Assembly (NCBI GenBank): GCA_016934675.1
Contig: JAFGSJ010000051.1
Span: 75,387-139,386, forward strand
Length of the DNA stretch: 64,000 nucleotides
Origin: a bacterium
Lineage (GTDB): Bacteria; CSSED10-310; JAFGSJ01
Reading direction: 5' to 3'
This document shows positions 29,114 through 41,300 of this stretch, one piece after another. The notes beneath the pieces are model-generated. The model was not told the origin of the DNA and did not search any database. It was given only the letters and a program-made list of their open reading frames with translations. The position numbers and the translations under genes are program-made. Position 1 is the stretch's first letter; each line of letters opens with the position of its first letter.

Positions 29114-29274
29114 CCTGGTACAATTGTATGAGTTTCCCCTTCCCTCGACAAGCTCGGGACAGGTCAGTGGGTCGAGAGCACAAATCTTCAGCTTCGGGAA
29201 TCGAATTGAGTTTCAGGATTCATGCATAAGCTCACGAAGCCGCGTAAACGCGGAACTCATACGATTGTACCAGG
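29114..29274. repeat. 19-bp inverted repeats (CCTGGTACAATTGTATGAG and CTCATACGATTGTACCAGG, 18/19 complementary) bracketing a 123-bp GC-rich segment with nested stems. Candidate MITE-like element or structured RNA.
   Basis: The terminal arms are directly visible at 29114..29132 and 29256..29274. Internal stems CCTCGAC...GTCGAG and CCGCG-TAAA-CGCGG. It lies within a 570-bp noncoding gap between the rSAM and ACP genes. Confidence 0.4.
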
Positions 29275-29317
29275 CGGGATGGGCTCCCGCTCAAGACGAA
29301 CGCCCGTCTTATCGAGG

Positions 29318-30796
29318 CTAATAAATATAGAGTTCGCAAATTCTGCGGTAATGATAGCCTTGGATTGAGAGAGTTATAGCTAATGAAATGAGTTTGGGCC
29401 TACAGATCAGGGTCCACAGTATCAATTGCCAGTAATGAAAACGTTCTTTTCCCAAAATCCCGAGCCTCACGGCAGAGCGAAAGATTGAAAGAAACCGCTG
29501 AATATCTATAGGTTCGTTGACTTGAGGTGTTCTGAGCTCCTTCAATAATGTTCTGATGCGACGGTAGTAGTTTTTGGGAGAATAAATCTGGGTCATAATA
29601 GTTTTATATCCGCTTAAAAGACTGTTTATACCCATTCGAGGAATGATGTTGGTCGTGCCATCAACATTATCACCAGAAAAGGTTTTAATAATCCGACTTT
29701 CTCGTTGGAGTCGGTCAAAAAGACGCGTCCCCGGAGGAGCTTGAAGCAATCCAACCATTGCGGTTACGATCCCGCTCTTCTGGATGAAATCGATCTGTCT
29801 CTGAAAAATAGAAGGCTTGTCATTGTCAAAACCCACAATAAATCCTCCCATCACCCGTAATCCGGAACGTTGGATGATCGAAACACTTTCGAGGAGGTCC
29901 CGGTTTTTATTTTGAGTTTTATGACATTCGTTCAGGCTGACCTCATCGGGCGACTCGATCCCGATAAAGACCGAATCAAATCCAGCCGAGACCATGAGCT
30001 CCAAAAGTTCAGGATCATCGGCCAGATTGATGGAAGCTTCCGTAAAAAAAACGCAGCCTCGTTTATCTGACCGCCACTCGATCAGTGCGGGCAGCAAATG
30101 TGTTTTAAGATAATCCTTGTTGCCGATAAAATTATCGTCAACAAAAAAAATATTATTGCGCCAACCCGCAGAATATATACGATCCAGTTCCACGATAATT
30201 TGCTCTGGTGTTTTAAGACGAGGTCTGTGACCGAAGAGAGTGGTAACATTGCAGAATTCACAGTTGTAGGGACAGCCCCTGGAAAACTGAATATTCATAG
30301 ACGCATAGCGTTTCATTTTTGCCAAATCCCACATAGGTGTCGGGCTAGCGCTCAAATCGCAGAAACCGCTGGCCCGATATATCTTTTTGGGTTGCCCGTT
30401 CTGAAAGTCCATTAAAAACTCTGGCAGGGTCAATTCTGCTTCGTCTAATACAAGATGGTCTACATCCCCGAATGCATCGGGATCAGAAATAAAGAGTGGG
30501 CCTCCGGCAACAACTCTTATGTTCTTAGCTTTACAGCGAACAATGATTTGTTGGGCTGACTCCCGCTGAAGCGCCATTCCTCCAATAAAGGCCATATCTG
30601 CCCACCCAAGGTCCTGGTCGGTGAGGTGATCAATGTTTAAATCCACCAGACGCTTGGACCATTCCTCTGGTAAAAGGGCAGCGACAGTGAGCAGACCGAG
30701 CGGTGGAAATGCTGCCTTCTTGCCTATAAAACTTAATGCATATGTAAAAGACCAAAAAGTATCCGGAAATTTGGGATAGATCAAGAGAATGTTCAT
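29318..30796 (-). CDS. B12-binding (class B) radical SAM enzyme, likely a C-methyltransferase or other radical tailoring enzyme. Start taken at MNILLIYPKF with RBS GGAAGGGGG.
   Basis: CPYNCEFC (CxxxCxxC) radical SAM cluster motif. N-terminal cobalamin-binding Rossmann-like domain. ~490 aa, typical for the B12-rSAM/DUF4070 family. Confidence 0.8.
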   Translation of the reverse strand: MNILLIYPKFPDTFWSFTYALSFIGKKAAFPPLGLLTVAALLPEEWSKRLVDLNIDHLTDQDLGWADMAFIGGMALQRESAQQIIVRCKAKNIRVVAGGPLFISDPDAFGDVDHLVLDEAELTLPEFLMDFQNGQPKKIYRASGFCDLSASPTPMWDLAKMKRYASMNIQFSRGCPYNCEFCNVTTLFGHRPRLKTPEQIIVELDRIYSAGWRNNIFFVDDNFIGNKDYLKTHLLPALIEWRSDKRGCVFFTEASINLADDPELLELMVSAGFDSVFIGIESPDEVSLNECHKTQNKNRDLLESVSIIQRSGLRVMGGFIVGFDNDKPSIFQRQIDFIQKSGIVTAMVGLLQAPPGTRLFDRLQRESRIIKTFSGDNVDGTTNIIPRMGINSLLSGYKTIMTQIYSPKNYYRRIRTLLKELRTPQVNEPIDIQRFLSIFRSAVRLGILGKERFHYWQLILWTLICRPKLISLAITLSIQGYHYRRICELYIY

Positions 30797-30842
30797 AACA
30801 CTAAACCCCCTTCCACTCTCATATATTGAAATACTGGCATAT

Positions 30843-31178
30843 TCATTTCCTCTTTCCTCTGATAAAGTCGACAACCTCCGCCCCCTCAAAATCCGAGACT
30901 GTTATTATTTGAATATTTAAGGGTTCAGATAATAAACTCCTGGTCCCAAGTAAAACACTGAATCTGTCCGAACTAATATACTGATTAACATCCTGGCGTG
31001 TTGCCCATTCCGAAATCAGATTGAATACATTCTGGTTTTCAATATCACAGAAAATACCTTGACTGATAAATTTGCTTTCTGTGATCTGTCCCGGTGATCT
31101 CAGTAGTGATAACAGTGTTTGCCAAATCTCTTTCTGTTTTTCCGGGAGTGATTTCATGATTATTCTGAGCAAGATCAT
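30843..31178 (-). CDS. Small hypothetical protein (~105 aa), possibly an ABM-like alpha+beta barrel
   Basis: ORF upstream of the rSAM gene on the same strand. Weak resemblance (ISEWATRQDVNQYISSDRFSVLL) to antibiotic-biosynthesis-monooxygenase-like folds. Low confidence. Confidence 0.3.
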   Translation of the reverse strand: MILLRIIMKSLPEKQKEIWQTLLSLLRSPGQITESKFISQGIFCDIENQNVFNLISEWATRQDVNQYISSDRFSVLLGTRSLLSEPLNIQIITVSDFEGAEVVDFIRGKRK

Positions 31179-31625
31179 GCCATCACCATTTCTTTTGACC
31201 TATATTTTACAGACTCTTTTTCCGATCTCTGATCAGTGGCACTATAAAAACTGCTTTGAATCGCACAATAAGCGTGAACAGTTAATCAATTTTTTCCAGC
31301 CAATAGTATTCAATCTTTGTGCCAAGTTCCCGAGTAAGACGTTGCCGCACGGATAATGTTGATCTATCAGCTCAATCTCATTCGGTAAACTCATCAGATC
31401 ATGCACGATAGCATTTAAAAAAGGTCACATATGCCCAATTGGTCATATATGACCCACGAGAACAGTCCAGGCTGGCGATCGAACACGGCCCAAAACATAT
31501 CTACTCCTGATTTGATCAATCTGGCCTGGATGTTGCATTAAAGACAATATAGCCGTATTGTTGGCAGATCTTTCTTAGCACAAGCACCATGTGCTGACAT
31601 TTTCACTTGGATTGAAGGAGGTCAT

Positions 31626-32375
31626 ATGTATCCAACTCTCGTTGTGTTGATGATCATAATTGTGGTTCTGCTTTCGAGTGCAATCAGGATAATAAATGAA
31701 TATGAGCGTGGAGTTGTGTTCAGGTTGGGAAGGCTGAAGCCGGAACCCAAAGGGGCAGGACTACGCTTAATAATCCCCTTCGTTGATAAATTATTGAAAG
31801 TGAGTCTTCGGCTCATTACCATGGATGTGCCTCCTCAGGATATTATCACACGTGATAATGTATCTGTAAAAGTTAACGCGGTGATATTCTTCCGCGTCAT
31901 CGATACGAATAAGGCAATTGTTCAGGTCGAGAATTATCTGTATGCGACGTCACAATTGGCCCAAACGACGCTACGGAGTGTTCTCGGACAGACAGAACTT
32001 GATGAACTACTATCAGATCGGGAGAAAATAAATCAGAAATTGCAGCACATACTTGACCTCCATACCGATCCTTGGGGCATAAAAGTCTCAGCCGTTGAAG
32101 TGAAACATGTTGATCTACCCCAAGAGATGCAGAGGGCCCTTGCCAAGCAAGCAGAAGCAGAGAGAGAACGTCGGGCTAAAGTTATCGCTGCTGAAGGTGA
32201 ATTCCAGGCCGCACAAAAACTGTCAGATGCCGCAACTATCATTGAAACGCACCCGATCGCACTACAGTTGAGGTATTTACAGACCTTGGCTGAAGTGGCT
32301 ACAGAAAATAATTCAACCACGATTTTCCCTATTCCCATAGATTTGTTCAAGCATTTTATTCTGGATGAAAAGTAA
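31626..32375 (+). CDS. SPFH/band-7 (stomatin-like) membrane protein
   Basis: N-terminal TM helix followed by an SPFH core ([28 protein letters not shown]...) and a C-terminal Ala/Glu-rich coiled coil. Confidence 0.8.
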   Translation: MYPTLVVLMIIIVVLLSSAIRIINEYERGVVFRLGRLKPEPKGAGLRLIIPFVDKLLKVSLRLITMDVPPQDIITRDNVSVKVNAVIFFRVIDTNKAIVQVENYLYATSQLAQTTLRSVLGQTELDELLSDREKINQKLQHILDLHTDPWGIKVSAVEVKHVDLPQEMQRALAKQAEAERERRAKVIAAEGEFQAAQKLSDAATIIETHPIALQLRYLQTLAEVATENNSTTIFPIPIDLFKHFILDEK

Positions 32376-32383
32376 CCTTTCCG

Positions 32384-35300
32384 GTGGTTGAAGTAGGTAG
32401 GTCTGTTGGATCGCAACGCATTCCCCAATCGGTTTTCACTCCCTTGAATGAGAAATATAAGCCAAGCAATATGAAAAAGTCTAGCATCATCATTGCCTAC
32501 TTCACGATACGAGATGAGGCTTTTGAAGCAATTGGGAAACTACAACGGAAGGGTTACCATCGCCTCGCGTGCGTCAGTAAAAGTCGGGTGGGAAAACTTC
32601 AAACACGGGACACCTTCCGCAGGCGTTATATTCGGAGCGCAATCGTATCGCTCGTTCTACTCGGGACATTGTCTGAATCAGTATCGATCTGGCTTTCACC
32701 GATGCTCTTTCGTTTCCAGAATCGTATATTCCCGTTTTTAGTGGGAGGGCTAGTCGGTATTCTCATAAATGCTGTCTGGATGCGACGATCGAGGTTCGGC
32801 GTCAAGAAAGCATTACTGAAAAAATATGCACGCTGGCTGGTTTCTGGTGAAACCGTGATTGTTCTGCAGGGTCCAATCGAATCTTTACGTTATCCCTTTG
32901 CATTGTTGCTGGAAAGCGGGGAAGTTCCACCGGCAGTTTTTGTGTTACATCCCCGTCGTGAAGGCATGGTTGAAGAGGACTGGGATATTGGGGGAACACC
33001 ACTCAATACAGCTCGATTACAGGAGCATGCTCAGCGTCTGGCCGCCGGACATAAGGTTGATCCAAAACCGCATCGGGACGCCAAATTGCTAAAACAGCTT
33101 GATCAGATGCTAAGTCATTTTCAACGGGCATGTCTGGATATCTCCGAAGCATATCACTTGCATCAATCTGCCCCACCTACCAGCGAATGGCTTCTTGACA
33201 ACGAATATATTTTCGAGAGTAACACTCGTGACGTTTTGTTGAACTTGCCTCGGCGATTCTTTTGGCAGTTACCATTGCTTGTCAGTGAACATGATCAAGG
33301 GTTACCCCGCATCTACGGCCTGGCGAGGGAACTTGCCTTTCAAACAGACCTGAACCTGGATCAAGATAACATTCTGGCCTATATCCAGGCCTATCAATCG
33401 GTGCAACCAATTTCGATTGGTGAGCTTTGGGCCGTCCCCCAAATGCTGCGTATTGCACTGATCGAAAACATTCAGCACATTGCTCAACAGACCCTATCGG
33501 AAATACGTGAAGGCGAACTCGCAAATTTCTGGGCAAATCGGCTCATTACTGCTAACCGACACGAGCCAAATCAGCTCTTCTCGATCCTGGCGGAACTGAC
33601 CGAAAACCAAGCCCGCCCAAGTCCCTCATTCGCTTCGCAACTTATTGATTACCTTTATGACGAAGGATCCGTGTTAGCTTCGGTACAAGCCTGGCTGGAG
33701 CGTACCCTCCACAAATCTGTATCTGAACTCAATATGCGAAACAAAAACCGTCAGAATAGGAACCAATTATCGATTGGGAATGCCTTTAACAGCTTGCGTA
33801 ATCTGGCACTGCTCGATTGGAAGGGATGCTTCGAGAAGCTGAGCAGTGTGGAACAAATACTGCGGCGAGATCCAGCAGGCATTTATTCACAATTGGATTT
33901 CGCTACTCGTGATCGCTATCGCCGAGTAGTTGAAGAGCTTCAGCGAGGTTCCGGTCGTTCCCAGGACCATATTGCCCAGCTCGCCCTCATGATGGCAGTC
34001 CAAGCTAAGCCCGATTCCATCCGAGATGAAGTTTATAATCACATAGGAACCTATTTAATTGGTGATAAAAGAAAGGATTTAGCTCGACTACTCGAGTGTC
34101 ATGAGACCTTGAGGTTCCGCGCTATACAATGGGTCTATCGTCATCACACACTGGCGTATTTCTCCGGACTGGTAATTTTGTCCAGCGCTATCATTTATAT
34201 TGTCTTTGACTTAAGCCTACGCACCCAGGTCCTTGGCATTCAGCTTATCATTACTAGTCTCTTGCTCATACCAGTGAGTCAACTCGCACTGGAGGGGATT
34301 AACAACCTTGTGATACGGCTTTTACCACCCCGGACCTTACCTAAAATGGATTTTCGGGAGACTGGGATTCCTGATGCTTACCGAACTCTGGTTCTCGTGC
34401 CGATGATGCTGGTAGATCAGAAGACAATCATAGCTGAGGTGGAGAAACTGGAGGTCCGTTATCTTGCTAACAAGGAAGCTAATTTACTCTTTGGCCTATA
34501 CTCGGATTACCAGGACGCAACTCAAGCCCATTGTGAAACAGACGGGTTTCTGCTTGCGACCATAGTCCGGCACATCCAGGACCTCAATCAGCGCTACGGT
34601 CGCGAACGTTTTTTTTTGTTTCACCGGGAGCGAAAATGGAACGAAACCGAACAGAAGTTCATCGGTTGGGAGCGTAAACGAGGGAAACTGGAAGAGATCA
34701 ATAGCCTGATTGCTGGCACACGGTCAAAGTCCGCAGATCGTCTGGTTTACGTTGGGGACCCGGACCAGCTTGCCAATGTCAGATTCGTCATTACCTTGGA
34801 CAGTGATACCCAATTACCTCATGATACAGCCCGAAGGATGATCGAGACATTGGCCCACCCCTTAAACCGAGTTCGCTTCGATGACAACGGTCAAGTTCGG
34901 TCCGGTTACAGCATTATCCAGCCACGGGTGAGCCCTTCACTGCCCAGTGCGAACGGTTCGCCCTTCAGCCGACTCTTTTCAAACCCGATCGGGATCGATC
35001 CTTATACCAGTGCCGTCTCAGACGTTTATCAAGACCTGACAGGAGCAGGTTCCTATCATGGTAAGGGGATCTATGATGTACATGCTTTCAATCGAGTTCT
35101 TTCAAACAGGTTCCCAGAGTCGCTGCTACTGAGTCATGATTTGATTGAAGGTGCTCATGTACGCGTTGGCTTGGCCAGCGATATCGAGCTATTTGATGAG
35201 TTCCCGCAGGATTACCTGAGCTACATCCAGCGGCAGCACCGCTGGATTCGCGGTGATTGGCAGATCGCAGATTGGATTAGGCCGAATGTCCCCAATCTCA

Positions 35301-38300
35301 GCGGGAGTCGAACCCCAAACCCGCTTAACTTTTTCGATCGCTGGAAAATCTTGGACAACTTGCGCCGCAGCTTACTGCCATTTACCGGCTTAACTTTATT
35401 GATAACCTCCTGGTTATTATACCCCCGGATCGGATTGATCACAACCTTGGTGGTCGTCTCACAAATATTCTTTCACTCCCTGGTGCAACCATTCATCTGG
35501 GCCATAAATGGTCAGAGTTTGAAAACTGTTTCGTTTGCACAAAAAGCCAATGATTTCCAAAGAGTACTGGTTGAAGTAGCACTACTACCCTACCAGTCCT
35601 GGGTAGGGTTGGATGCGGTCATTCGGGTCCTCTATCGCAAACACATCTCACATCGGAAGCTGTTGGAGTGGACTTCAGCCCAAGCAACTCATCGCGGTGC
35701 GCAAGCAAAAGTGCCCATGTTTCTGTTGTCAATGGGACTGGTAAGCCTGTTCAGTGTGATGGTGGGATACACGGTTCAATGTTTTCGACCAGCAAATTTT
35801 TGGATAGCGAGTCCTTGGCTGATGTTCTGGTTTCTGTCCCCGATGATCGGTTGGCTCCTCAATCGGCGACCACAATCGCAGCAACCGCAATTTTTACTTA
35901 CAGGCGAGGATCGTCAATTTCTGAGGAATGTTGCCCGACGGACCTGGCGGTATTTTTCTGACTTCGTATCGGAAGAAACCTCTTGGTTACCACCCGATAA
36001 TTACCAGGTCGCTTATCGTGATCAACTGGCTTTACGAACCAGTCCGACAAATATCGGCCTTTATCTGGTCAGTGTACTCAGCGCTCATGATTTTGGATAT
36101 TTAAGCGTGGATGAGGTAACTCTTAAACTGACGTTAGCAATGAAGACGATTGATAAACTAGAGCGTTATGAGGGCCATTTGTTTAATTGGTACGATATTC
36201 AGACACTGGCCCCCCTGAAACCCCGTTACGTTTCTACTGTGGACAGCGGCAACCTACTGGGAGCTTTATGGGCGATGGACTCGGGGCTAAAATCGCTGCT
36301 TCAGGCACCACTGCTGGATAGGAATGCCTTGAGCGGGTTGTACGATTCTGGTCATGTTTTACGGCAGGCTATCTTGGCTAAGAAAACTATAGGTTTTAAT
36401 GTTCGTATCTTGGATGACCTGTTGCACGAGTTGGAATCACCTCTGGACCAAATTGCTGATGCACCTGCCCTGTTGCGGCGCGGGCTGAGCAGACTGCAGG
36501 AGTTATCTTTAAACGCTGCTGGAAGCACAGTCACTGAAAAGAGTGTGTCCTATTGGACTGATCAGATCAAGAACCAATTTGCAACCTGGCAAAACCTGGT
36601 GAATCGTTATCTCGCCTGGATCGAAATTCTGGCAGAGAAGACTGCAGATGAAATCGCTGGGTTGGACGAGAACGTTCTGCAAGCCTTTCGTCATGCTCTG
36701 CAGCACACACCTTCACTTATTGATCTGGCCCAAGGTAACGTCCCTTGCATAGAATGTTTCCAAGCTATCCTAGAAAAAACGTCTGAAAGTGATGTTGTAC
36801 TTAAGGAATGGATTGAGCGATTGTTGGCTACATTCAATAAGTCAAAATGGCTGGCTGGAGAAATGCTGGCCAAGATCGAACAGTTAAGAAAATCGCTGCG
36901 AGAACTCTCAGCATCTATTGACATGGGTTTCCTATATAACAGCGAGCATCGGCTGTTTTCGATCGGGTTTAATGTTTCGGAAGGGCGATTGGATCGGGCC
37001 TTTTACGATCTATTGGCCAGCGAAGCGCGGCTGGGAAGCTTTGTGGCTATAGCTCGGGGTGATATCCCCGTCGAACATTGGTTTGCTATGAATCGGCCCT
37101 ATGGTGTTATCGGCCGACGCCGGGCGTTGCTTAGCTGGACCGGGACTATGTTTGAATATCTGATGCCGCTGCTTTTTCAGCGTTTATTTCAGCACTCGCT
37201 CCTGGATAAATCTGTCCGTGATGCCGTGGCAATTCAAATCGCCTACGGCCACAAACACCGGGTACCATGGGGGATTTCGGAGTGTGCATTTGCGGATTTG
37301 GACCACGAAAAAACCTATCAATATCAAGCCTTTGGTGTACCCGAACTCGGACTCAAACGAGGATTAGCAGATAAATTAGTGGTCGCACCCTATGCCACCA
37401 TGCTGGCGGTCAGTATCGTCCCTCGAGAGTCGGTGAGAAACTTAAAAAGATTGGCTGAACTTGGACTACTCGACGATTATGGGTATTGCGAAGCCCTAGA
37501 CTATAGCCAGCAACCAAGCTGTGAGAGCGAAAGAGGAGTGATTGTTCGTGCATATATGGCACATCACCAAGGTATGAGTTTTCTGTCCCTGACCAATTTT
37601 CTGCATAGCAATTCCGTTCAGCACCACTTTAGGTCCGACAAGCGTGTACTCGCAGTTGAGCCCTTGCTTTTTGAACGCATTCCCATCCTTCCCCCGTTAC
37701 ATCATATCTCCACCCGAGAGCGAGTCTCGTCGATCGCCAGCTTCGGAGAAATCACACCTTCGGTCAGCCAGTTTGATACGCCCCATACTACCACGCCCAA
37801 AACCCAATTATTATCCAATGGTTGCTATTATTTGATGCTGACTAACGCCGGTGGCGGTTACAGTCGCTGGCGAAACCTCGAGATCACCCGGTGGCGCTCA
37901 GATCGGACTAAAGATGATTGGGGTACATTCTGCTACATGCACGAAGCCAATTCGGACTGGTTGTGGTGTAACAGTTATCAACCGGTCTGCGGTAAGGTTG
38001 AGGAATATGTTACTAATTTTATGCTTGATCGGGCCCTGTTCCGGCGTACTGATTATGGTATTGAGACCGAGACCGAAGTGGTCGTTGTGCCTGAAGATGA
38101 TGTCGAGATTAGGCGGATGACCCTGACTAATCGTTCCCCTCGCAAACACATCATCGAACTGACGAGTTACATTGAACTCTCGCTTGCACCGCACAATGCG
38201 GATTGTCAGCATCCGGCATTCAACAAGCTGTTTATTCAGACCGAAGCGCTACCGAAGCAGCGAGCACTCCTGGCCTACCGCCGACCCCGAAGCCTCGAGG

Positions 38301-41300
38301 ACCTGCCCATCTATGTTGCCCACCGTTTTACATTAGCCCAGGCCCCAAAAGAAAATTTACGATTCGAGACCGACCGACGTCGCTTTATCGGTCGTGGTCG
38401 AACTCTCTCCCGACCCATGGGTGCCTTGCAGGAACCTGGTAACAGCCAGGGTTTCGTACTCGATCCAATCCTGAGCATACGCCAGAGTTTGACTCTGGAA
38501 CCCGGTGATCGAGTCCAGGTCTCTTTAATCTTAGCTGCCGGAGAAACCCGCGCACAAGTCATCGCTTTTATGGATAAATATAGTGATCCTCGTGCTATCG
38601 ACCGAACAATGGATTTAGCTTGGGCATCGGCCCAGTTGGAGTTATGTCTACTAAGGATTCAAGCTGACGATGCCCGCCGCTTTCAGCAACTGGCCAGTCA
38701 TCTTTTATATCCCAATCCCCTCCTGCGCTCGACTGCTGAACGCATTGCCCAAAATCGTAAGGGTCAAACCAGCTTGTGGACGTATTCCATCTCGGGTGAC
38801 CTACCCATCGTCCTGGTTGCCATTAACGATATAGCGGATTTGAGCCTTGTTCGCCAAATGCTCCAGGCACATACCTATTGGCGAAGGCACGGTCTTTGGG
38901 CCGACCTGGTGATCCTGAACGAGGAAGTAAGTAGCTATGAGCATCCCCTGCTTGAACAACTCGAGCACCTGATTCAATTATATGCAGCCAATACTGGAGT
39001 AGATCAACCCGGAGGAGTTTTTGTGCGCAGTGCGAACAATATCCAAGCAGAAGATTTGACGTTTTTAAGGAGCGTGGCAAGTGTGGTGATGGTGGCAGCT
39101 CGTGGTAATCTACCCCAGCAATTAGGCCAATCGTCGGAAACTCCTGAGCTACCCGAACTCTTGAACAGAAAGCGTGATCCACGCGACCCTTCAGCCATGC
39201 TTCCCTTCCTAGAACTCGCCTACTTCAACAGCCTTGGCGGATTTACGGCAGATGGCCGCGAATACGCCATCTATCTTGGACCGGACATACACACGCCTGC
39301 GCCCTGGGCCAACATCATCGCTAATCCTCATTATGGCTCGCTTATCAGCGAGACGGGAGCTGGCTTTACCTGGCAAGGCAATAGCCAGCGAAACCGATTG
39401 ACCTCATGGTCCAACGATCCGGTAATGGACCCTCCTTCGGAAGCGATCTATATTCGGGATGAGGACTCCGGAATTTATTGGACACCGACCGCCGCGCCCA
39501 TTCGCGAGAAAATTGCGTATCGGGCCAGGCATGGTGCGGGCTACTCTGTCTTCGAGCATAACAGCCATGGCATCGAGCAGGAGTTAACCGTTTTCGTTCC
39601 TGTAGATGATCGAGGAGGAGAGCCGATTAAAATGCAAAGTTTGTTACTTACAAATGACTCCCCCCGCATTCGTAAACTGACGGTGACATATTATGTGGAG
39701 TGGACTTTGGGTGAATCGCGTGAATCATCCCAAATGCACATCATAACTGACTGGGATGACGAAATACAGGCTGTGCTCGCCCGAAATTATTACAATCCCG
39801 ATTATGCAGATCAAGTTGCCTTTGCAGCACTTAGCGTGCCTACGGTGAATTACACTGGTGATCGCACCTCCTTCATCGGACGCAACCGCTCAATGAGTAA
39901 CCCTATGGCCATGGAGCGAATCAAGCTTTCAGAGCGAACTGGAGTAGGCCTTGATCCTTGTGCCGGATTACAGATAACCCTCAAACTGGCTCCGGGTGAA
40001 CAGGCTGAAATTACATGCATGCTTGGCCAAAGCACTACACTGAAGCAGGCCCATGACCTGATAACGACCTACCGCGACAAGCAAGCTGTAAAGACCTCGC
40101 TTCAGCAAACCAAGGCCTGGTGGGACGTCCAGCTCAGTACAATCCGTGTGCAGACACCCGAACTTGCAGTGGATTTTATGATCAACCGCTGGCTGCCTTA
40201 TCAAAACCTGGTCTGCCGCATTTGGGGGCGTTCCGCCTTTTACCAGTCCGGCGGCGCTTTTGGTTTTCGGGACCAATTGCAAGACGTGATGGCATTATTA
40301 TATATGCAGCCATCACTGGCTCGCAAACATATTTTACTCGCAGCCAGTCGTCAGTTTCGGGAAGGCGATGTCCAACACTGGTGGCATCCGCCTGGCGGCC
40401 AGGGAATACGCTCACGCATTTCCGATGATTTCCTTTGGCTGCCCTACGTGGTCGCGCAATACTTAAGAATTACTGATGATGCGGACATTCTGGGTGAAAT
40501 GGTCCCCTTTATCGACGCCCCAATTCTCAAAGACGGTCAGATCGAGAGTTATCAATCACCCACAGTTACACAGGAACAGGTCTCTCTTTTTGAGCATTGT
40601 CAACGTGCGGTTACTCACGGTCAAACCTTTGGTCGTCATGGATTACCTCTCATCGGGACCGGAGATTGGAACGACGGCTTGAATCTGGTGGGCGCCGAGG
40701 GACAGGGCGAAAGTATTTGGCTGGCTTGGTTTCTGGCTGATGTGCTCCACGGAATGGCAGAAATATCGGGACGTATGGACCGTCATGACCTGCAAAAAAC
40801 ATATGAGCACGATCGTCAAGCACTCATCCGACGAATTGAAAAATACGCATGGGATGGCGAATGGTATCTTCGAGCGACCTTTGATGATGGCTCTCCCTTG
40901 GGTTCTAAAGTGAATCTCGAAGCACGTATCGATTCGCTTGCCCAGTCCTGGGCCTGGCTGAGCGGTGGCGCCGATCGGAAACGGTCTATTCAAGCCTTGG
41001 AATCTGCTTGGCAGCATCTCGTTCGTGAGAATGAAAGACTGGTACTACTTTTTGAGCCTCCCTTTGACCAAGCGGAGCCATCACCTGGATACATCAAAGG
41101 TTACCCACCAGGAGTCCGGGAAAACGGGGGTCAGTATACACATGCCGCCTTGTGGTTGGCGATGGCTCTGGCCCGCAGTAGAGACGGTGACCGAGCGGTG
41201 AAAATACTGCGTTTTCTCAATCCAATCGAGCGTACTTCCAATCCGGATGAGGTCTGGCGTTATGGCATCGAACCTTATGTAGTAGCAGCCGATGTCTACA

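Noticed and set aside
31561-31582. Possible sigma-54 promoter TTGGCAG-N-TTAGCA upstream of the SPFH gene. I also scanned other intergenic regions for sigma-54 promoters because two enhancer-binding proteins are encoded here.
   Set aside because: The GG-to-GC spacing is 15 rather than the canonical 12. I found no convincing TGGCAC-N5-TTGC match in the intergenic regions I scanned by eye. A PWM scan is needed.
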